Source of the DNA: Massalongia carnosa
Lineage: Eukaryota
Length of the DNA: 64,000 nt
Reading direction: 5' to 3'
Assembly: GCA_965645245.1 (NCBI GenBank)
Contig: OZ287081.1
Location: 372,001-436,000 of the forward strand
The notes under the pieces were generated by a model. The model saw only the letters and a program-made list of their open reading frames with translations, ran no database searches and was not told the origin of the DNA. Shown piece by piece: positions 58,728 to 64,000 of the stretch (the stretch's first letter is position 1; the number at the start of each line of letters is the position of its first letter). Made by a program: the position numbers and the translations under genes.

Positions 58728-61160
58728 ATGGCCAACCTTTCACAAGACGATCGAAATGTCATCGCAAAGCATCCTTTGGACAACTCTCTAGATCATTTAC
58801 GGGACTCACTTCAGGCAGAGCAATCTTACGAACCTAGCTCGACTTCTTACGATGCTGCTGGTGACAATCGTGGTCAGGGACCCCTAAAGGCAGTCTCAAG
58901 ACTTCTCAATACCTTGCAAGGCCACGATGTCGCCCTTACTCTTCGATCAAAGATCGCAGCCGGAGATCTAGCTTCTGAGTTATACAACCTCTTCAGACGT
59001 GTCCGAAATGGCGATTTCAACTATAAACACTACCTTGCGCTGTCACGCCTTGTCGTCAGAAAAGCCCCTGATGTCGACATCTGGAATGCCGTCTTCGACC
59101 TCATCACCACCGTCTCTCGAACGACCCCTCCTACAAGCATTCCTCTCTCGTGCGACGGCACGCCCATCACGCACTCCTCCGCATCGCAGCAGGCTAGCGA
59201 ACAAACTCGCCGTGAAGTGGAAAAAAGGGTTTTCGAGGAAATCATGGGCTGTACATTCCGAAATGTGGAAGGATTCTTCCCGAAATACTTTGAAGGAAAA
59301 GATTGGACCGAGCGTACCAAGGAGATATATCGAGCCGTGCAACATCGACATGTCAACGGCAGGTGGACCGATTTCCCTCATCCGCCGGTGCAGAACGCTC
59401 TTCTCGAATGGTGGTTCGCTTTCCAGAAGGAGTTTCTAGCCGACGCTCGAGGTGTCTACTATACAAGTGAGAGCAGCAAAGACCTCACAGGCGCTGAAGC
59501 TCGACGTCAACTTGATGTCTTTGTCAAGCCTAGCGGCAAAAACATTTCGAACACAGTACATGATTGGAAGGACGTTGAAGTGATTGGTGAACTTAGGGAG
59601 TCCGACAGAGAATGGAAAGTTAAATTGCTCCAACTTGGCAGGTATATGCGCGATGTCTTTGCCACTCAGCCAACTCGCCGATTTATTCACGGATTTACTC
59701 TCCTCGGATCTACCATGGAACTGTGGGTTTTCGACCGCTCCGGTCCTTACAGCTCAGGAGTCTTCGATATCCATAAGGAACCTGAGCAATTCATCAGAGC
59801 TATTGCAGGGTATACGATGATGAGCGACGAAGAGCTGGGCTTGGATACGTTCACGGACCAGGACAAGGAATACCGATCTATCACTATTACTGAAGATGCG
59901 ACTGACAAGGAGACAAGACTACAGCTTGAGCCGGATCTTATTGCATATCAGTGGGCAATTGTCTGTCGTGGCACTTCTTGCTTTCGTGCCGGTGTTTCAG
60001 GTTCTCAGGATTCGCGGTATGTTGTTAAATTCTCCTGGACATCTGATAAACGACAATCAGAAGCAGATCTTCTCAGATTAGCACGCGAGAGAGGAGTAAA
60101 GGGAGTCGCCAAACTATTTGGTCACCGCTGCATCACCAATATCGCGGACATGCGCGAAGGATTGACTTTTACGAAGATGCATAACTTTCGAAACACCACG
60201 TTCAGTCCGTCCTTTTCGCAGTCTCAACCACAGAACCTCCTTTGTCAATCGTTCAGTCAGCTTCATGGTCTGAGCATCGCCGGTGGTTCCCCAAGAAAAC
60301 GAAAGTCTGTAGATGCGGGAGGGAGGCCGTCCAAAAGATCAAGGTCCAACATCCAGAGATCCGATATGATCAAGCAGGAAAAGGAGGTAACAAAGACCGT
60401 GGAAGATACCCAGACAGCGAGTCTATATGGCCCCAATGAGAGTTCATTCGACAACCGCATCTTTCGCTGCTTAGTAATCTCCCCGGCCGGCCGGGGTATC
60501 CGTGATTTTCAGTCAACCAAAGAGCTTTTAGAGGCACTTCGCGATGCAATCAAGGCGCATAGATCCTTATACCTTGTGGGCAATATTCTTCATAGGGACA
60601 TCTCGGAGAACAATATCATAATAACAGATCCAAAGAAAGCTGATGGCTTTACGGGCATGCTGATCGACTTAGACCTTGCCAAGAAGATGAATAGCGGGCG
60701 AAGTGGCGCACGGCATCAGACAGGCACTATGGAGTTTATGGCGATTGAAGTGCTACGCAGAGTCGCTCATACCTATCGGCATGACCTCGAGTCGTTCTTT
60801 TATGTGCTTCTATGGATCTGCGCTCGTCGTGCGTGGGAAAGGGAATTTGGGTGCAAGTTGGTGGATAGACCCACAGAGAGCATGCTGAGGAATTGGTACA
60901 CAGGCAGCTATAAGGAAATAGCCCGAAGTAAACAATACAATATGGGTGTTGACGGGTTTGAGGAACTCTTGGAGGAACTTCCACAGATATTCGATTGTGT
61001 CAAACCCCTTTGTAGAGAGATAAGGGGTATACTATTCCCGTATAAGGATGGGCTGTTCACCGGAACCCCGCTGGATCCAGAGGAGCTATACGGGCCTATC
61101 CTTAAGGCATTCGATAAGGCTATAGCTGAGATAACCCGCGCGGAGGGGAGCTTGGGATAA
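58728..61160 (+). CDS. Fungal-type protein kinase (FunK1 / Pkinase_fungal), 810 aa
   Basis: Intronless ORF with VIGEL, MELWVFDRSG, IVCRGTSC, VVKFSW, ILHRDISENNI, LIDLDLA, TGTMEFMAIEVL and HTYRHDLESFFYV. Confidence 0.93.
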   Translation: MANLSQDDRNVIAKHPLDNSLDHLRDSLQAEQSYEPSSTSYDAAGDNRGQGPLKAVSRLLNTLQGHDVALTLRSKIAAGDLASELYNLFRRVRNGDFNYKHYLALSRLVVRKAPDVDIWNAVFDLITTVSRTTPPTSIPLSCDGTPITHSSASQQASEQTRREVEKRVFEEIMGCTFRNVEGFFPKYFEGKDWTERTKEIYRAVQHRHVNGRWTDFPHPPVQNALLEWWFAFQKEFLADARGVYYTSESSKDLTGAEARRQLDVFVKPSGKNISNTVHDWKDVEVIGELRESDREWKVKLLQLGRYMRDVFATQPTRRFIHGFTLLGSTMELWVFDRSGPYSSGVFDIHKEPEQFIRAIAGYTMMSDEELGLDTFTDQDKEYRSITITEDATDKETRLQLEPDLIAYQWAIVCRGTSCFRAGVSGSQDSRYVVKFSWTSDKRQSEADLLRLARERGVKGVAKLFGHRCITNIADMREGLTFTKMHNFRNTTFSPSFSQSQPQNLLCQSFSQLHGLSIAGGSPRKRKSVDAGGRPSKRSRSNIQRSDMIKQEKEVTKTVEDTQTASLYGPNESSFDNRIFRCLVISPAGRGIRDFQSTKELLEALRDAIKAHRSLYLVGNILHRDISENNIIITDPKKADGFTGMLIDLDLAKKMNSGRSGARHQTGTMEFMAIEVLRRVAHTYRHDLESFFYVLLWICARRAWEREFGCKLVDRPTESMLRNWYTGSYKEIARSKQYNMGVDGFEELLEELPQIFDCVKPLCREIRGILFPYKDGLFTGTPLDPEELYGPILKAFDKAIAEITRAEGSLG

Positions 61161-61469
61161 TTGGGCTCTATATCTTACAATAATTATCACACATCGAAAA
61201 TTGTGCCCAGCTCACTACCAGTACCGAGTTAGCTTGCCTTGCTATGATAAGCTTTCTGCCACGTCCTTTCCTTTTGCTGAACAGGTCTGAAGCATATTTA
61301 TTCATCCCACAAGCGCTCGTGGTTATAAGCTTATCGTGTTCCTGGCAACTTTTAAACTGATATGTGATGTCGTCAATGCACGTGATTAGTTAGGCATCTT
61401 TTGGACGAGACAGCACCTTCGTGTCAATAATTGTTGAATATCCAACTCCTGCCAGTATCGCTTTCGTCG

Positions 61470-63615
61470 CTGCGAAGGCACCACCCTCTCGCACTAGTAA
61501 TTAGCTGCTTTGCATTAGTAATCAGAACATCAAAATTTTGTTTACCTTTTTAACCCCAAGCATCATCATTCTCAACCTCACGAACTTATTTAACTGCTCA
61601 TCAATTATTGTGATTATCATCTCATATTTAATTGCAAAACATGGGACTAAATGAAGATGAGATTCCTAGTGTTTCAGATAAATCTCCTATCTCAGCAAAG
61701 CAGCACAAAATCAATAGCAAGCGCACCGTCGAAAGCATTTTGGCCGATATTCCACATCCCTCCCCCAATTACACATCCGTGTCAGTTGATGACAGACCTC
61801 CTAAATCACTGGCTAAAGACCTTGCTGATTCGCCTCTTGAATTGTTTCAACTGTTCATTTCAGCTCAGCACTGTCGCACCATCGCGTATCATACCAATAT
61901 CAAGGCACACGACTATATAAAGAAGGAGAAGGAGAATAATCATCGCGCATGGAATGACGTTATTGGGCCTGAGATCGAGGTGTTTCTGGGCATTCTTTTG
62001 TTTATGGGCTTGTATCATGCGCCTTCGGAGAGCGACTATTGGAATACATGTCCTGATAAGCCTGTTTTCGTGTCTATTCAGGAGGCTATGTCTCTGAATC
62101 GATTTGAAAATATCAAACGATTCTTGAAAATAAACAACGGACGTACAGAGCCTTCAGACATGGGCAAAGAACCTGATTGGTGGAAGAAATTGGAGCCGCT
62201 TGCTACTGATTTTCAAACGGCTTCGTTGAAATATTATCAACCAGGAAGCATTGTTTCAGTTGATGAGCAATTGATTAAGTTCAAAGGTCGATCACGTCAT
62301 ACTTTGCAAATAGCTTCCAAGCATGCCCGCAAAGGGTTTAAAATATATAGTCTTTGTCAGAATAATTATCTGATATCGTTCCTATTTGCCTCCAGAATTA
62401 CCAAAATCAGTCAATTAAAAACCGCCAGACAGCTAGGATTTCTGATCAAACATGGCCTTTCTGATAGTGCTTTGGTAGTAATTCAGCTCTGTCAAACGCT
62501 TCCCGAACCACTGAACTATGTTCTTTTTTGCGACAACTTCTTTACCAGCACAAAGCTATTCAAAGCTCTTCGATCAATAGGAATTGCCGCCTGTGGAACA
62601 GCCAAGAAAGGCTCTGGATTTCCCTCGGAGTTGCTAGCCCTGAGAGATGTGGCCACAAAAGCGAAACATTGGGGCCTTCGTACCAGTACGACTGTCGATG
62701 ATGAAGTGCTTTGTTTAGGCTGGGTGGATAACAATACTGTTCAGCTTATGACTACGTTCCATGACCCTCGAGAGCTTGATCGTTCATACTATTTACATCC
62801 TTTCAAAAGACATGGAATTCCAGAAGGCTCGGTTGAACCGATTATATCCTATTATCCATCAATTCATGCACACACCACTTTGCTGCCTGATCAAACGCCT
62901 TTATGGCCTTTAGGATTACCGGTTCCTGTTCCCATCAGAGAATACAATCTTCACATGGGAGGTTCAGATGAAAATGCCCAGCAAAGAGCAACTTATTCAT
63001 ATGAACGCCGAAGTGATCGTTATTGGGGGCCTTTGTTTATTTTTTTGTTAGATGCTGCTGCGTTAAATGCATACAAGCTCTATCTGTTGAACAACTCCGA
63101 AACAACAGAAAAAATTCTCGATCGTGCTGACTTTATTCGTCATCTTTCTCTTCATCTTCTGAGAAATCCCGCTGGTCAAAGACGGCGATATGAGCCTCAA
63201 ACAAGCGTTCAAACCAAAACTGATTGTTTTGTCAGTCCTCCTGAGCATCATTACATTCATTTGAACAAAAAACAACGATGTGTGCATTGCAATGCAAATA
63301 AAACAAGACCTTCCAAGCGAAAGAGGGAACTACTGACTGAAAGAGACGCTAATGGAAACAAAAGAAAGCGACGAGGTGCTCAGACAAAGTGGGCATGTGG
63401 AGGATGTCATCCGATTAAGCCTTGCTGTAAATATCAGGACTGCTGGCAAGCAATTCATCTGAATTCAAAGGGGTGAATGGAATACATGTAAATAGTAATT
63501 GATTGGACACTCTGGCAAATAGGGGTAGTAACATCTAGACTTGATTAGTCAATATTTTAAGTTTCGGGAGGTTTAGACCATTTACAGTTAGTGCGAGGGG
63601 GTGGTGCCTTCGCAG
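61470..63615 (+). mobile_element. piggyBac-like DNA transposon, 2146 bp
   Basis: 27-bp inverted repeats at 61470-61496 and 63589-63615 (one mismatch) enclose a transposase ORF. No TTAA duplication at the junctions. Confidence 0.85.
61641..63476 (+). CDS. piggyBac transposase (DDE_Tnp_1_7-type) with C-terminal Cys-rich domain
   Basis: Uninterrupted ORF with MSLNRF, SVDEQLIKFKGR, FCDNFFTS and YNLHMGGSD, then CVHC...CGGC...CC...C at the C-terminus. Confidence 0.9.
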   Translation: MGLNEDEIPSVSDKSPISAKQHKINSKRTVESILADIPHPSPNYTSVSVDDRPPKSLAKDLADSPLELFQLFISAQHCRTIAYHTNIKAHDYIKKEKENNHRAWNDVIGPEIEVFLGILLFMGLYHAPSESDYWNTCPDKPVFVSIQEAMSLNRFENIKRFLKINNGRTEPSDMGKEPDWWKKLEPLATDFQTASLKYYQPGSIVSVDEQLIKFKGRSRHTLQIASKHARKGFKIYSLCQNNYLISFLFASRITKISQLKTARQLGFLIKHGLSDSALVVIQLCQTLPEPLNYVLFCDNFFTSTKLFKALRSIGIAACGTAKKGSGFPSELLALRDVATKAKHWGLRTSTTVDDEVLCLGWVDNNTVQLMTTFHDPRELDRSYYLHPFKRHGIPEGSVEPIISYYPSIHAHTTLLPDQTPLWPLGLPVPVPIREYNLHMGGSDENAQQRATYSYERRSDRYWGPLFIFLLDAAALNAYKLYLLNNSETTEKILDRADFIRHLSLHLLRNPAGQRRRYEPQTSVQTKTDCFVSPPEHHYIHLNKKQRCVHCNANKTRPSKRKRELLTERDANGNKRKRRGAQTKWACGGCHPIKPCCKYQDCWQAIHLNSKG

Positions 63616-63629
63616 TTATTTACATTAAA

Positions 63630-64000
63630 TTAATGACCAGTCATGGCCCCCTCAGCTGAGATGACGTCCTTTAGCCGTTGAGGAATTGATCGTACTCTCT
63701 CATTAATAAACTCCTGACTGACTGTCGCCCAGCCCTCACAAATCAATACTTTTAAGCTCGCTTCGTCCCAATGAGGATACTTTTTGATATGCTACTTTGT
63801 GGGCTGCCAGCTGTTTTCAATAGGAGCCAAATCAGGTGAAGAAGAGCAGTTGAAATAATGCTCTAAACGATGATCCTACTTCCATTTCTTGACTGCGTTT
63901 CTCGTCCTGCCTGTGCCATGCCCGGAATCAGCATCTTCTTCGAGCACAAAATCATCCCCTCGCTCTAGCCACGGCTTGACAACGGGCTCAAGTATTGAGT
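63630..64000 (-). pseudogene. Tc1-like DDE transposase C-terminus with two premature stops (continues beyond the window)
   Basis: Manual translation of the minus strand: [12 protein letters not shown]...KKWK*DH...SSPDLAPIENSW..TK*HI...IPQRLKDVISAEGAMTGH*. Confidence 0.85.

Noticed and set aside
61471..61498. Hairpin followed by CTAGT, resembling a Helitron 3' end
   Set aside because: The same sequence is inverted at 63589-63615 around the piggyBac transposase, and it is on the wrong strand for the Helitron.
46000..64000. Starship-type giant element
   Set aside because: No DUF3435 tyrosine recombinase or bounding repeats in the window. Gene content alone is insufficient.

Overview
Eukaryotic DNA from a filamentous ascomycete (Pezizomycotina-type genes, short GT-AG introns with CTAAC/CTGAC branch sites). 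The species cannot be determined from the sequence. About 1-45.7 kb is mostly a gene-dense housekeeping region: PEX5 (cut by the window edge), a two-RRM protein, an S53 sedolisin, NUS1, SEC10, RanGAP, a GNAT, COX17, ALG6, NSR1, a tail-anchored protein, MRPL37, an OPT transporter, a REX1-like exonuclease and NPP1. It is punctuated by two pogo-type MITEs, a hAT transposon with an 8-bp TSD, a 200-N assembly gap and a small accessory block (HeLo-like/G-alpha fusion plus an amidoligase-like gene). About 46-64 kb is transposon-rich: a decayed Helitron interrupted by a 5'-truncated LINE and a pogo/Fot1-like element, an AAA-ATPase pseudogene, an intact FunK1 kinase, a piggyBac-like element and a Tc1-like remnant. 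The best candidates for new biology are (1) a spliced 596-aa HeLo-like domain fused to a catalytically degenerate G-alpha and (2) a protein with BNIP3/NIX-like mitophagy-receptor architecture. All family assignments come from motif recognition by eye; no searches were run.
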